A stretch of DNA of 63,097 bases, filler included, from Octopus bimaculoides (taxonomy: Eukaryota): NCBI RefSeq assembly GCF_001194135.2. It is 3 parts of 3 records of this genome, joined end to end, with 100 filler letters (N's around TTAATTAATTAA, not from the genome) between each part and the next. Parts side by side here need not be neighbours in the genome. Positions count along the whole stretch, not along the records: positions 21,355 to 36,114 come from NC_068995.1; positions 36,215 to 63,097 come from NC_068986.1; 1 more part is not named here. The stretch is one strand, 5' to 3'. Below are positions 33,633 through 46,410 of the stretch, piece after piece. The notes below the pieces were generated by a model, which did no database searches, had not been told where the DNA came from, and worked only from the letters and a program-made list of their open reading frames with translations. How positions within the stretch are numbered: the stretch's first letter is position 1; each line of letters begins with the position of its first letter. Both the position numbers and the translations under genes were made by a program.

Positions 33633-36114
33633 CAACAAGGAGGGAAACTAGAAAAATGCGAACAACCGCAGTCCCAACACCTCCCAAAGCAGCAATGTAG
33701 GAAAAGAAACCAGCTGAAAGCCAAATGCAAATGGTTCAAAAGTAAAAACCCAAATCAAACCCTCTTAGAGAAAAAAAGTCTATCTGCAAGTTCCACAAAA
33801 AAAAAAAAAAGGTTCTGTTGGCATGGAGAGAGTGTGACAAACTGCCGCTTTGCGCACCCAGCGCTGGAGCAGAATCCATCACTCACCCAACGAAAGAGAC
33901 AACCACACTTGGAGAAATCTATATCCCAGCACAAACCTGCAGAAAAGAAGGCCAGATAGAAGTCATATGCAGATGCATTACAAGCTGCAGCGGTTGAGTA
34001 ACAACATTTTTTCAGTGTGGCACAGGAAATAGTGCAACGGTCGTCATGGATACAGACAAAGCTGAGCTATGTACCCTCGCATGCAAGATCACCTCAATTG
34101 ATGGACCCCGGTTGGCCACCACTGCCACTAAGCCACCCATCATACCAACACCAACACCATTTCTACTAATGAATATAAGAGGCCTGCTACAGAACAAGAG
34201 CAAATGCAAAATTGCGCACCTGAAGAATCTTTCTGCATGCAATCAAGCTATATACACTGCACTTATGTCCGTAGACATAAATGATGCGGAGATACACATA
34301 CCAATATATGCTATCTTCCGTGCAGACAGAAGAAAAAGAAATCACGGTGGAGTTGCAGTGTACATCTGCAAAGATATCGCACCATTAACCCTGTTATCCA
34401 ACTCGACCTCGGTGTGTGACACACTCATAGTTCACCTAAAGCAACTTGATAGAGTGATATGCACACTATATCGCCCACCTGATGCCTCAAATCCTGATGG
34501 AAAATTTGAAGAAAGCCTCAGTGCGATAAAAGAAGTGCTAAAACAATTGGATCAACGTATTACTATATTCCTGATGGGTGACTTCAACTTCTCCAACACC
34601 AGGGGGCCCGACGGCAACATAACCCCTACTTGATCTTACGAAAATACTATTCATGGAACAAATCATACTCTCTCCAACCAGGCACAAAAATATCCTGGAT
34701 CTCTGTTTTACAAACAATGTGGAAATTATCCACAACGTAAATATATCAACGACAATATTCTCAGACCATAACATGAAAGAACTGGCAATGTATAACTAAA
34801 GATAAACTCCGCACAGATGGTGCTCAAACCCTATTCAGCCTAAATTTCTATAAGGCTGACTGAAAGTCACTTGAAAAACAAATAATCCTGCAAGACTGGC
34901 CTATAAACCTCTCTATGCAAGGCAGATATGAAACTCAATAAATTCATGTCTCACAAACACACAACATGGCTTCCGTCCAGGGTGGAGCTGCCTCACACAG
35001 CTGCTGCAGCACTTTGAGTGGGTACTGAAACAACAGCTAAATCAGTCAGCTGTAGACGTGATGTACATCGACTTTGCCAAGACCTTCGACAACGTTGATC
35101 ATGACATGGTATATCACAAGCTGTAAAACCTTGGTATTATTGGGAAACTGGGAGAGTGGCTGCATGACTTTCTGAAGGACAGGAGTCAGACAATTGTAGC
35201 CAATGGTGCTCACTCTGAAGAGACACCAATTCCGAGTGGATTCCCACAGGGAATTGTACTGGGGACACTATTATTTGTGGTGGCCTCTCAGACATACCCT
35301 TCGCAGTACAGCCAGTCAATCTGACCAGTAATGTTGACGACACATAAGTATCGCAGGCAGTTAGGAACCCAGAGGGCATCATAAAACTGCAGAAAGACCT
35401 GAATGAAATATACAAATGGGCTAACAAAAAAAAACAAATAAAATAACATGCAGTTTAATGCTATGAAATTTCAGGCACTCCACTATCGGTCCAACATCAG
35501 GCTAAAATCGGAATACACTTTTACCAGAAGGTAATACGATCCCTGAGTCAGAATCGGTGTGTGACCTGGGGGTTCACATGAGCAATGATGCAACATTCAC
35601 ATGCATATTACTAAGATGTCAACACTGTGCAGGCGAGTGACTGGTTGGATTCTGAGGACATTCAGAAACAGGAAAAGGGAGGACCTACTACTACTATGGA
35701 GGACTTTTGTTCTCAGCCACTTGGACTACTGTTCCAAACTATAGTCCTCAGAGAGTGTGAAACAAGCTGTGGAACTCAAAGCAATCCAGCACCAATACAC
35801 AAAGAAGATTGAGTCAATGCAAAAGATGGGCTACTGGGAGAGGCTAAAGGTGCAGAGAGAAGACGAGAGAGATATGCGGTGATGTATATTTGAAAGAGCG
35901 TGGTATTTTGGAATTGAGAGCTATACCAGTCCCCGAACTGAACGGCGCTGCATCGTACCAAAGATCCCGTCTTACCCATCTAAAATAAGGACACAGTACT
36001 GCAATAGTCTGGGTTTCAAGAGCCCGCCGTCGTTCAACGTCCTGCCAGGTAACCTTAGAGATCTACATGGTGTTAATGTGGAAGTTTTCAAGGAACGTGT
36101 GGACAAGTTTCTAT
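33633..36114 (+). mobile_element. CR1-like LINE remnant: ORF1 with CCCH-like finger debris, APE, deleted linker, RT and C-terminus
   Basis: ORF1 piece FCWHGESVTNCRFAHP. APE motifs LMNIRGL, FRADRRKRNHGGVAVYI, TLYRPPD and MGDFNF. RT motifs VDVMYIDFAKTFDNVDH, GKLGEWLHDFLKDRSQ and SGFPQGIVLG. The 3' end is lost in a gap. Confidence 0.88.
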
Positions 36115-36214
36115 NNNNNNNNNNNNNNNNNNNNNNNNNNNNNNNNNNNNNNNNNNNNTTAATTAATTAANNNNNNNNNNNNNNNNNNNNNNNNNNNNNN
36201 NNNNNNNNNNNNNN
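36115..36214. other. Assembly gap marker: 44 N + TTAATTAATTAA + 44 N
   Basis: Same 100-bp structure as 21255-21354. Confidence 0.9.
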
Positions 36215-36239
36215 TATATATATATATATATATATATAT

Positions 36240-36440
36240 AAACAATATATGAGTATATGCATATATATGTACATGTATGTATATACGTTCATCTACATGT
36301 ACATATAGATACATAACTGGGTACATGACGTGGCAAAAGAACAAGGACAAAATGGTAAACAAGGTGCAACAAACAAGCAGGCCACATAGCAACATCCCCT
36401 TCATCAGCTGCCACCATTAAAACTCCGGCGTTTCGAAGAA
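36240..36440 (-). mobile_element. Probable Penelope-type terminal repeat fragment with hammerhead half-motifs
   Basis: Minus strand reads CGAAACGCCGGAGTTTTAATGGTGGCAGCTGATGAAGGGG, which resembles 24812-24846. Confidence 0.35.
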
Positions 36441-37844
36441 TTAAGTTGGACATGGGTGATCGTTGTATTCTTTCTTGTCTTGAGGTTCACAGCCAAACGG
36501 CTGAGTGGATTCGCATGAAAAATGGCACACATGTGGCGACGGGTGCATAGATTAGAAAGTGGTTTGTTTTTATTCCTAGCCCTCATAGTTACCGAGAAAA
36601 TTGATTAAAACTTTTCTAATGGAACTCCCCTGTTTGTTCGTCCATTAAAACAACCAGTTGCTCACACAGCCGGCATACATCATTTCGCTAGCAATAAGGG
36701 GAGTATAGGATGACAGTCAGCCAAAACTTGTGAATTCGTCCTTTAATTGGAGGTTTCCAAAAATATTACTAATGTTTATTCTTCATACTTTGCTGGGAAT
36801 TTACAGGCGTAAATTTTGCGAAGATATGAAAGTAGTACTTGAGCATAATGTATGATGAATTTATGGAATGAAGTTCCATAAATTCCCATCAATTTTGTTA
36901 AGAATGGAGGAAACAAGTTGTTAAAATTTATAAGAACTTTAAATCTTGCGGACAATCGCTTCATACAGAGATATAGTAAATTCCTAATTGAATTAAATCG
37001 AATAAATATCAACGTACTCTTCGCTGCAGGAAGGAAAGAAACCATAATACAAGGAACTTTAAAAGGAAGAGAGCATGAATAATTCGGTTTAGGAGTGTGA
37101 CATTGCTATCCGTGTGAGAAAGTGATGGGAGTCATGTCAGATATTGAACCATAACTGACGGCTTAACAGTTATTTGAGGATATAAGCAAAGAGGTATCGG
37201 AGACGTTCCTTCTATAGATGCGTATAGAAATTAGAATTATAACTCCGTATACGTAGTGTATGGCAAGTAAGTAGTAGAAATGTCCAATGGGTAGACAATA
37301 CCAAATTTAAATTAAAATTAAAACTAACCGTTGAAATCAGTAAGTAGTATAATATACTTTTTTTAAATCTATACAGAAGAATGAAGTTTAGCGTGAGGAA
37401 GTAGTATATGAGAAGCTAATACTAGATAGTTAACGCAAATAAATGGCAAAAAATAGAGGAATGAGAATGAGTTACCGAGAGAAGATAAAGTTTTTTAAAG
37501 GACTCATTTTTACATAAAAAATCATATTAGGTAACACGTATTAATAATAAAGGAGAAAAATAAGAAAAACGTAGAAGCAATTATTAATATTACTATTAAA
37601 GTAGTATGTACTTGCGGTGATAATAAAGATTTAAAAAATGAAAAGATGAATTTTAAAATGATGTTAACTAGACCAAAGTAAACGTAAGGAAGATAAATGA
37701 GCGGAGAAAGAGATGAGTAAAAAAATAAAAATTTCGATTGGCATGTGTTGGTTATACAGAAGTGTATTTTAGTATATATAAAAAAAGATTATTTCAGAGG
37801 TTATAATCCAGCTTAGTATTATGTGAGAGGTATATAGAATATCA

Positions 37845-37890
37845 GTATGTGGTCGCGATGGTATTCGAGTTGTAGGGGTGCCGTGCTAGT
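37845..37890 (+). mobile_element. Probable Helitron 3' terminus
   Basis: GC-richer stretch ending GTGCCGTG-CTAG-T. The hairpin is degenerate. Confidence 0.35.
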
Positions 37891-37894
37891 ATAA

Positions 37895-38040
37895 ATATAA
37901 GAAAAAGCTACAAGTAGATGGGTAATGAATGTATAAAATTTGAATGAAATCGGTTGGGTACTTTTCGAGTTTTAGTGATGCGCACATACACACACAGACA
38001 GAGCGACAGACACACATTCTCAGTTTTATATATATAGAGA
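37895..38040 (-). mobile_element. Non-autonomous Helitron 5' fragment
   Basis: Minus strand starts TCTCTATATATATAAAACTGAGAATGTGTGTCTG...CAACCGATTTCATTCAAATTT, typical of Helitron 5' ends. Confidence 0.6.
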
Positions 38041-38506
38041 GAAAAATGACGTAGGATTTAAAATGTAAATAACTTAAGATTAATTCCTCAACTTTTATAC
38101 TTGTCTTACCATAAATCAGAAGGATGGTAAAATTTTGTTCGTAATCTTCCATCCACACGAGGAAAATCCATAATGACTAAATAAAAACATATACCACAGG
38201 CAGTCCTAAATTTCTGCTAACGAGAAAATCTTCATAGATTTCTCCCAATATTAACGGTCTTATGGAAAAATCTCATAAGATGAAGATACACCTAGATTGC
38301 ACGTCACACCGTTCAGCATTATTAATATATCAGCTAACTCACATGTTCTTTGTTCCCTCAATTAGATTAGAACCTGGCCTCCTAAAGTATGAATAATCTT
38401 AATACAAATGCACACAGAAACCCATGCAACACTTTCCCCAAGGCTCCAAATACATAAGTAAGGACATAGTCCACCAATATTTATGATTCCTGCCCTGGAA
38501 TTATGT

Positions 38507-38890
38507 TGTTGTTGGCACTCCGTCGCTTACGACGTCGAGGGTTCCAGTTGATCCGATCAACGGAACAGCCTGCTCGTGAAATTAACGTGCAAGTGGCTGA
38601 GCAAACCACAGACACGTGTACCCTTAACGTAGTTCTCGGGGATATTCAGCGTGACACAGTGTGACAAGGCTGACCCTTTGAATTACACGCACAACAGAAA
38701 CAGGAAGTAAGAGTGAGAGAAAGTTGTGGTGGAAGAGTACAGCAGCGTTCGCCACCATCCGCTACCGGAGCCTCGCAGAGCTTTAGGTGTTTTCGCTCAA
38801 TAAACACTCACAACGCCCGGTCTAGGAATCGAAACTGCGATCCTATGACCGCGAGTCCGCTGCCCTAACCACTGGGCCATTACGACTCCA
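38507..38890 (-). mobile_element. tRNA-derived SINE, family C, full length with perfect 14-bp TSD
   Basis: A-box TGGCCCAGTGG, B-box GTTTCGATTCC and a (CAA)n tail. CCCTGGAATTATGT occurs at 38493-38506 and 38891-38904. Confidence 0.92.
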
Positions 38891-39466
38891 CCCTGGAATT
38901 ATGTATAACTACTTTAAACGTCGGTATATTTTTTATACACACTCACCAATGGACACAAATAAAAGAAATCAAACGTCATTAGCCAGCTACATGTAAGATT
39001 TGAAACATAAATCTAAACAGTATAGCCAGATCTTATATATCGGTCAAAAGAAAAGTGTGATTTGTGAGTTACACAGATCTAGAAAATCCTATTCCCCTAT
39101 GAGCAAACATTGAACCAACTTTTTAAAAGCCGCATAACTTCAGCATCTAGAAACTTTTTCAGCCAACCAATTTCCACCATCATTAACTTAATATATATTC
39201 TAAATCCATATACTACGTTCTACTTCAATTGCAATTTCGTCCCAAGTCACTCAACTCTATATATTGCTGTTCATTTTCTATTAACTTTCCGATAGTCTTA
39301 TTAAAATAAAACAAATCAACATCTCTTTGTAAGAAATTTTTTCTGGATGAGCATGGAATAGCATCTAATACATTGGTTCTCGATCACGACATCATGAGTT
39401 CAATTCCAGGCGCGGAGGCGAGTTTTATATCTGAGAAAAACAAAAGACATTACGTTGATCTTATCT

Positions 39467-39688
39467 TATTTCTTTATTGACCACATAGAGGGGACAAACA
39501 AGGACAGACAAATGGATTAAGTCGATTACATCGACCCCAATACGTAACTGGTACTTAATTTATCGACCCCGAAAGGATAAAAGGCAAAGTCGACCTCGGC
39601 GGAATTTGAACTCAAAACGTAACGGCAGACGAAATACCGCTAAGCATTTCACCTGGCGTGCTAACGCTTCTGCCAGCTCGCCGACTTA
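39467..39688 (-). mobile_element. SINE family A (tail type 1) with 10-bp TSD
   Basis: Full head-to-tail match ending ...CCCCTCTATGTGGTCAATAAAGAAATA. GATCTTATCT occurs at 39457-66 and 39689-98. Confidence 0.92.
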
Positions 39689-40236
39689 GATCTTATCTAT
39701 TCAACTGTTAATGCAACTCTCTCTTCCTGCAGTTGTCAAATTCTAGATGTTCCGGTACGTCAAGCTTGAGAGAGTGTCTAAGTCTGTACGCAATTACATT
39801 GACACCAAACACAAATTGCGAACACATGGTAGATACTGTCAAGTCACTCGTTTGCATCTGACGACTACTTTATTTATTGTAAGAAATTTAACTAAAAAAA
39901 ATATCGTCAGGTCAACATTCTGTACGGTGAGTACATTAGAAATTAACTTTTGCGAGTTGTGCTGTTGCCGCCAGCAAAGTTTTAATATATGCGCGCGCGC
40001 ATGTGATTATGTGTGTGTCTCTGTGTATGTCTGTGCATGTGTGTGCGCGTGCGCATGTGCGAGTGTAGGTGAAATAGGCCTGAATGATTAATAAGTTCGT
40101 TTCTGCATGCGCATATATAAGCCTATGTAAAAATATATGTATATATGGATGTCTAACTATGCAATGTATATACGTCTATATATACATATATGCATATATA
40201 TGTATATATATCTAAATATATACATATATATATATA

Positions 40237-40330
<94 letters not shown>

Positions 40331-40601
40331 TTGTAAGTATGTATTATATATCTATATGTGTATCTGTACATATATATACAGCACGGAATTTTGTCAGTGA
40401 ACAGGTCGCAGTTTCAAAGCGACGAAAATATTTTGTCAAATTAAATTTAAATGTTGAAGTGAATCTAACGGTTTTTGTGTGTTTCTTAAATCGCTTAAAA
40501 ACACCTTCCACGCTGCAATTGTTTTCGTTCCAGCACACGATCTGATATCAGGTCGCTTGCTATGCAAGTACATCTCCGTAATATATATATATATATATAT
40601 A

Positions 40602-42375
40602 CTAGCAGAAATACTCGTCATTGTCTGGGTTGAAAGAAGCTTCATTCACTTAGATTCTATTGAACATATATTAGAAATAGTTGTTAACTTTGGTTTAGAC
40701 GATAAAGCTGTTTTCTTCTGGCCAATATTATCATAGGTGAATATAAACTTCTGATCTGGCTTCTGTCTAGTACCAGATATGTGTACTATAATTTACTGAA
40801 CTTAAATATTACAACAAACAAAAATACAAATAGCTTTTCTTAAACGAATATAGTGTGACGTTGACACTATCAATTCAAAGTTATTAATCATTCTGCAAAT
40901 TTTAGTTTGTTGATCCCATGGTAAAAACTTCCTTATAGACAATGTTTCGGGTTTTACCAGTCGGGGCAAAACTGAAAAGATTGTTCTTGCTCCCCACTGT
41001 GGATGTTCCAACATATAATTGACCGTGTGAGAAACAGTCCTTTTTTAATTGCAAACCGGCAACTTTCAATGTCTGAACATGGGACTTATTAATGGAGATC
41101 ACAAAAGACAAATGTATTAGAAATTGAAGTTATTTGAACTCGAAGGGCATATTGGAGGGTATTAAAAGTAAGTGAGGAATAAAAACTTCTTCACTTTTTC
41201 CAAAGCCAGAAATTATTGTGGCCTCTATGACATTTCTCATTAATTTCTTGACAAGTCTTTTGTTATTGCACGCTTATTTTCAATGGAAGACAATGAGGAG
41301 TGGCTGCAGTTTAAGAACNNNNNNNNNNNNNNNNNNNNNNNNNNNNNNNNNNNNNNNNNNNNNNNNNNNNNNNNNNNNNNNNNNNNNNNNNNNNNNNNNN
41401 NNNNNNNNNNNNNNNNNNNNNNNNNNNNNNNNNNNNNNNNNNNNNNNNNNNNNNNNNNNNNNNNNNNNNNNNNNNNNNNNNNNNNNNNNNNNNNNNNNNN
41501 NNNNNNNNNNNNNNNNNNNNNNNNNNNNNNNNNNNNNNNNNNNNNNNNNNNNNNNNNNNNNNNNNNNNNNNNNNNNNNNNNNNNNNNNNNNNNNNNNNNN
41601 NNNNNNNNNNNNNNNNNNNNNNNNNNNNNNNNNNNNNNNNNNNNNNNNNNNNNNNNNNNNNNNNNNNNNNNNNNNNNNNNNNNNNNNNNNNNNNNNNNNN
41701 NNNNNNNNNNNNNNNNNNNNNNNNNNNNNNNNNNNNNNNNNNNNNNNNNNNNNNNNNNNNNNNNNNNNNNNNNNNNNNNNNNNNNNNNNNNNNNNNNNNN
41801 NNNNNNNNNNNNNNNNNNNNNNNNNNNNNNNNNNNNNNNNNNNNNNNNNNNNNNNNNNNNNNNNNNNNNNNNNNNNNNNNNNNNNNNNNNNNNNNNNNNN
41901 NNNNNNNNNNNNNNNNNNNNNNNNNNNNNNNNNNNNNNNNNNNNNNNNNNNNNNNNNNNNNNNNNNNNNNNNNNNNNNNNNNGTTGGTAAGCAAGCTACT
42001 TACCACACAGCCACTCCTGCGCCTATGTTCATTTCCTAGTAAAAGTTTCTCGAGCCTTTCATTTGAATTATTCACAGTAACATTCTTTGGTGCCATGACT
42101 GCTCTTTGGCACAACCAAGCAGCATGTGTGTAATTTGAAATTACACTTGGAAAAATTTTTTCTATTGGTTCCTCAACCGATCTGACCAAGGTACAGATTT
42201 TTGATAGATTCAAGTCACCTTTATAATTGATATCTAGGCTTCCTTCTCCGTGTTGCAAAACATCATAGGCAAATTGTTCCGACAGATGATCCATATGCAA
42301 ATGTGCCCTCAAATTTGTAGAAAGCTCTAACTCTTTGATATGTTTCCATAAAATAGATTTCAAGCATGCTTTCAA
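40602..42375 (-). mobile_element. Helitron 3' portion: PIF1-type helicase C-terminus and CTAG 3' terminus (spans an N gap)
   Basis: Translation gives [46 protein letters not shown] and SINKSHVQTLKVAGLQLKKDCFSHGQLYV...TRNIVYKEV. The terminus is ACCCAGACAATGACGAGTATTTCTG-CTAG|T at 40602. Confidence 0.88.
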
Positions 42376-43790
42376 TTCATCCAGAGCCTATCTCTCTGAC
42401 TTCACAAATCAGAAAAGTCATGGAACGAATAGTCAGAGGGAAATTAATCACATTCCTTGAAGAAAATGACTTACTGAGTGATACCCAGCATGGTTTTAAA
42501 CCACGTAGGAGCCGCCTGACACAGCCCCTACAACACTATGACTGGATGTTGAAGCAGTTACTCGGCAACCCAAACGTGGACGTAATATACTTTGACTTCG
42601 AAAAGGATTTTCATAAAATTAATCATGTTATGATATGTCACAAACTGCGCGATTTTGGCATAGCTGGAAAACTTGGAGAATGGTTACATGACTTTCTAAA
42701 AGATAGGAGTCAGGGACTTGTGGCCAATGGAGCCACCTCAAAGGAAACACAAATAATGAGTGGTGTTCCACAGGGGCACTGTCTTGGGACCACTGCTTTT
42801 CATAGTGGCCCTCTCAGATATGCCCTCAGTTGCCCGGATAGCCACCCTTGCTAGCTACGCAGACGATACAAAAGTCTCGCAGAAAATACAAAATCCTAGT
42901 GATGTTGCACGATTGCAGCAGGTGTTAGACGCAATTTACAGATGGGCTGACGACAATATTATGCAGTTTAATGCTGGAAAATTCCAAGCCCTGCGCTACC
43001 AGCACCCAAACTGAACGGAAAACGTGAACTTAAATTAGTGCGTGACTTGGGTATCGACATAAGTGATGATAACTCTTTCCAAGCACACATTATCAGGATT
43101 GCGACAAAGTGAAGACAGCTGGCTGGCTAGATCCTGAGAACCTTCAAAATCAGAGAGAAGGAAACCATGAGGTTTTCTGGAGATCATTCGTCCTCAGCTG
43201 CCTGGACTAATGCTCCCAACTATAGTCACCCTACAGTGTAACATTAACAGCGGACATTGAAGCAATCCAGCGAAGCTTCACAAAGAAGAGCATCTCATTG
43301 CAACAGCTCAGCTACTGCTACTGGGAAAGGATGAAACAGCTAAGACTCTATTACCTGAAGAGATATGCAGTAATATACATCTGGAAGATCCTGGAAAGGA
43401 TTTTGTCAAATTTTGGCATTGAAAGCTACACAAATGCCAGAACGGATCACCACTGCACAGTGCCAAAAATTCCAACAATGCTGTCGCTCTTCAGGACCAG
43501 TTACTGCAACATCCTGGGTTTCAAGAGACCACAGATTTTTTATATTCTCCCAAAAGCGTGAGGGACCTACACAAAATGGATGTAGGTGTTTTCAAAACAA
43601 AATTAGATCTCATCTTGTCGAGAGTCCCAGAGGAAGCTACCTCGCGGCAGGAGGCACGAATGAGGGCAGTGACATCAAACTCCCTTATTCACTAAATGTC
43701 ACATATCAGAGGAGACTCTCAATAATAACAGTGTAACAAAACGGTGGAAACCCAGCATGGCCGTAGCCTTGAGCTGAAACCGATAAAAAG
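42376..43790 (+). mobile_element. CR1-like LINE, 5'-truncated (RT to 3' end), same family type as 33633-36114
   Basis: Translation gives [50 protein letters not shown] and YADDTKV. The 3' tail is CCCAGCATGGCCGTAGCCTTGAGCTGAAACCGATAAAAAGA. Confidence 0.92.
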
Positions 43791-46039
43791 AAGTGGTATG
43801 TTAATCCGATAAAAATTGTAACGCCCTTAGACCCTTCATTTATTTTTGAAATACGATTTTGTACATGTTGAAAAAGGGCCAGTAGCTTCCCTTCGGAGGG
43901 TCGCTAGAGACTCGGGATCACTTCATTGTCTTTGTCGTGAAATTTTACACAAGAATTAGCTTTTAGCTTTTATATCAACGCTGTAGGTTTTCTTCTTATA
44001 GGCGGACAGACATACAGGCACACACATCCACGTGTGTGTGTTCGCACGCGCGCGTGTATATGTGTGTGTGCGTGTATGTGTGTGTGTGCACATATATGTA
44101 ATTGAAAGTTGATATGTATGTTCAAATGTGGATCTCTATCCACTTGATATATTGCTGTATATATTTCTCAGTATATATCAATGAATGCACGTATTCCATA
44201 CTATTCTCAGGAAATTGTGTGTGTGTGTGTGTGTGTCTTACTTCTCAGATGTACTGACATGCTGCCATTTCTTATCTTAATATACTACTCTTCCTAGTAC
44301 ACATTATAACCTCTGTAACATTCCTCTCTACGCCGTTATAATTTTTCCAAAATTTTATCGAATAATAATGTTTTGGGGATGATGGGCAAAATCCTACAAT
44401 TTTGAACTGGTTAAAATTGGTATTTTATTTGCACTGAATAAATTTATTTCACATCACAAAGTAGTGTTGCCTTGAATCTGAGCTTACACTTTGAGTGAGT
44501 GCAACGTTCGGGCCTGCATATATGCATATGATTTATATAATGCTGTAATTTCTCAGACTGTATCTTGCTAACCTTGCAACACCTTTAACGTTTGATAGAT
44601 TATCATGTCAAAGACTAAAAATATATATAATTTTTACTTTCGAACTGAAAATGTTTATTTAGAATACATCTTTCTGAACGTTCTATTAATTTCCATAATG
44701 TATGAGTTCATACAGAATATTTAATTGCGTTACTTCTATGGCTACATTCATGAATTTCACTGAATAAATCCAATATTTTTATGCTCCAGCATAGATTTGA
44801 ATAAAACTTTTTCTCTGCGCCAAACTAATACACATACGTTTTGTTTATACACCTGTCTTTGTGTTTTGTTTTCCTGTAAATTNNNNNNNNNNNNNNNNNN
44901 NNNNNNNNNNNNNNNNNNNNNNNNNNNNNNNNNNNNNNNNNNNNNNNNNNNNNNNNNNNNNNNNNNNNNNNNNNNNNNNNNNNNNNNNNNNNNNNNNNNN
45001 NNNNNNNNNNNNNNNNNNNNNNNNNNNNNNNNNNNNNNNNNNNNNNNNNNNNNNNNNNNNNNNNNNNNNNNNNNNNNNNNNNNNNNNNNNNNNNNNNNNN
45101 NNNNNNNNNNNNNNNNNNNNNNNNNNNNNNNNNNNNNNNNNNNNNNNNNNNNNNNNNNNNNNNNNNNNNNNNNNNNNNNNNNNNNNNNNNNNNNNNNNNN
45201 NNNNNNNNNNNNNNNNNNNNNNNNNNNNNNNNNNNNNNNNNNNNNNNNNNNNNNNNNNNNNNNNNNNNNNNNNNNNNNNNNNNNNNNNNNNNNNNNNNNN
45301 NNNNNNNNNNNNNNNNNNNNNNNNNNNNNNNNNNNNNNNNNNNNNNNNNNNNNNNNNNNNNNNNNNNNNNNNNNNNNNNNNNNNNNNNNNNNNNNNNNNN
45401 NNNNNNNNNNNNNNNNNNNNNNNNNNNNNNNNNNNNNNNNNNNNNNNNNNNNNNNNNNNNNNNNNNNNNNNNNNNNNNNNNNNNNNNNNNNNNNNNNNNN
45501 NNNNNNNNNNNNNNNNNNNNNNNNNNNNNNNNNNNNNNNNNNGAAAAAGAAAAACAAATTTTAATTTCAAACTTTTTATAAAAAAAAAATTCTAAAATTG
45601 ATCCTCTTCACTTTTTTTTTCTTTGCTCTTTGATGTGGAGCAGTTAGTATTTTTCGTATGCATCACTATCCTAACAGGAGATATATTCTATAAAACCGTT
45701 TTTCATCAAAAATTTGAATTTTTGGGCTTGCCTAATTCATAAAGGCCGAAAATTTACAATAAACAAGCTTGCTTTACAGCCAAACGTAAATTTGTCAAAT
45801 ACTGAGAAAGTACTGGCACATTTAGGCATTTCTGAACGTTCGCTTAGCGGTGGAAGCAGCAAGAACAATTACATTGACACAGTTTGTCCTTTCAAACCAA
45901 GGATGAAACAGCGACTGCTCGCAAAACACTGGCTTATATACTTGTACCTCCGTACAGAAGACTGCACTATACAAAGTAGACAGAATATAGTGACATTGAC
46001 TCCATATTCTATGTTGTATTTAATTATAGTAATAGGAAG

Positions 46040-46126
46040 TGGTCGATAAAACAAATACCAGTGGGATCGATGTAATCGACTAGTTCCCTCTCCCAAATTG
46101 CAGGCCTTGTGATTATATTAGAAAGG
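46040..46126 (+). mobile_element. SINE family A 3' half
   Basis: GGTCGATAAAACAAATACCAGTGGGATCGATGTAATCGACT...GGCCTTGTG...AGAAAGGAT. Confidence 0.75.
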
Positions 46127-46181
<55 letters not shown>

Positions 46182-46204
46182 TGATAATAATAATAATAAT
46201 AATA

Positions 46205-46244
<40 letters not shown>

Positions 46245-46313
46245 GTTTGACTTTTGTTTTGCATTTGTACAAGTTGGATCCAAGTCTCACCCAGAGACCT
46301 CAAGAGACAACTA

Positions 46314-46392
<79 letters not shown>

Positions 46393-46410
46393 TATTATTA
46401 TTATTATTAA
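46127..46410. repeat. (AAT)n then (ATT)n/(ATC)n arrays enclosing a ~69-bp unique island (46244-46312), possibly an R4/Dong 3' tail on the minus strand
   Basis: The arrays are directly visible. The island identity is recalled from similar LINE ends and is not verified. Confidence 0.6.

Noticed and set aside
40802-42375. Host PIF1 helicase gene
   Set aside because: It is intronless and frameshifted and ends in a Helitron CTAG terminus.
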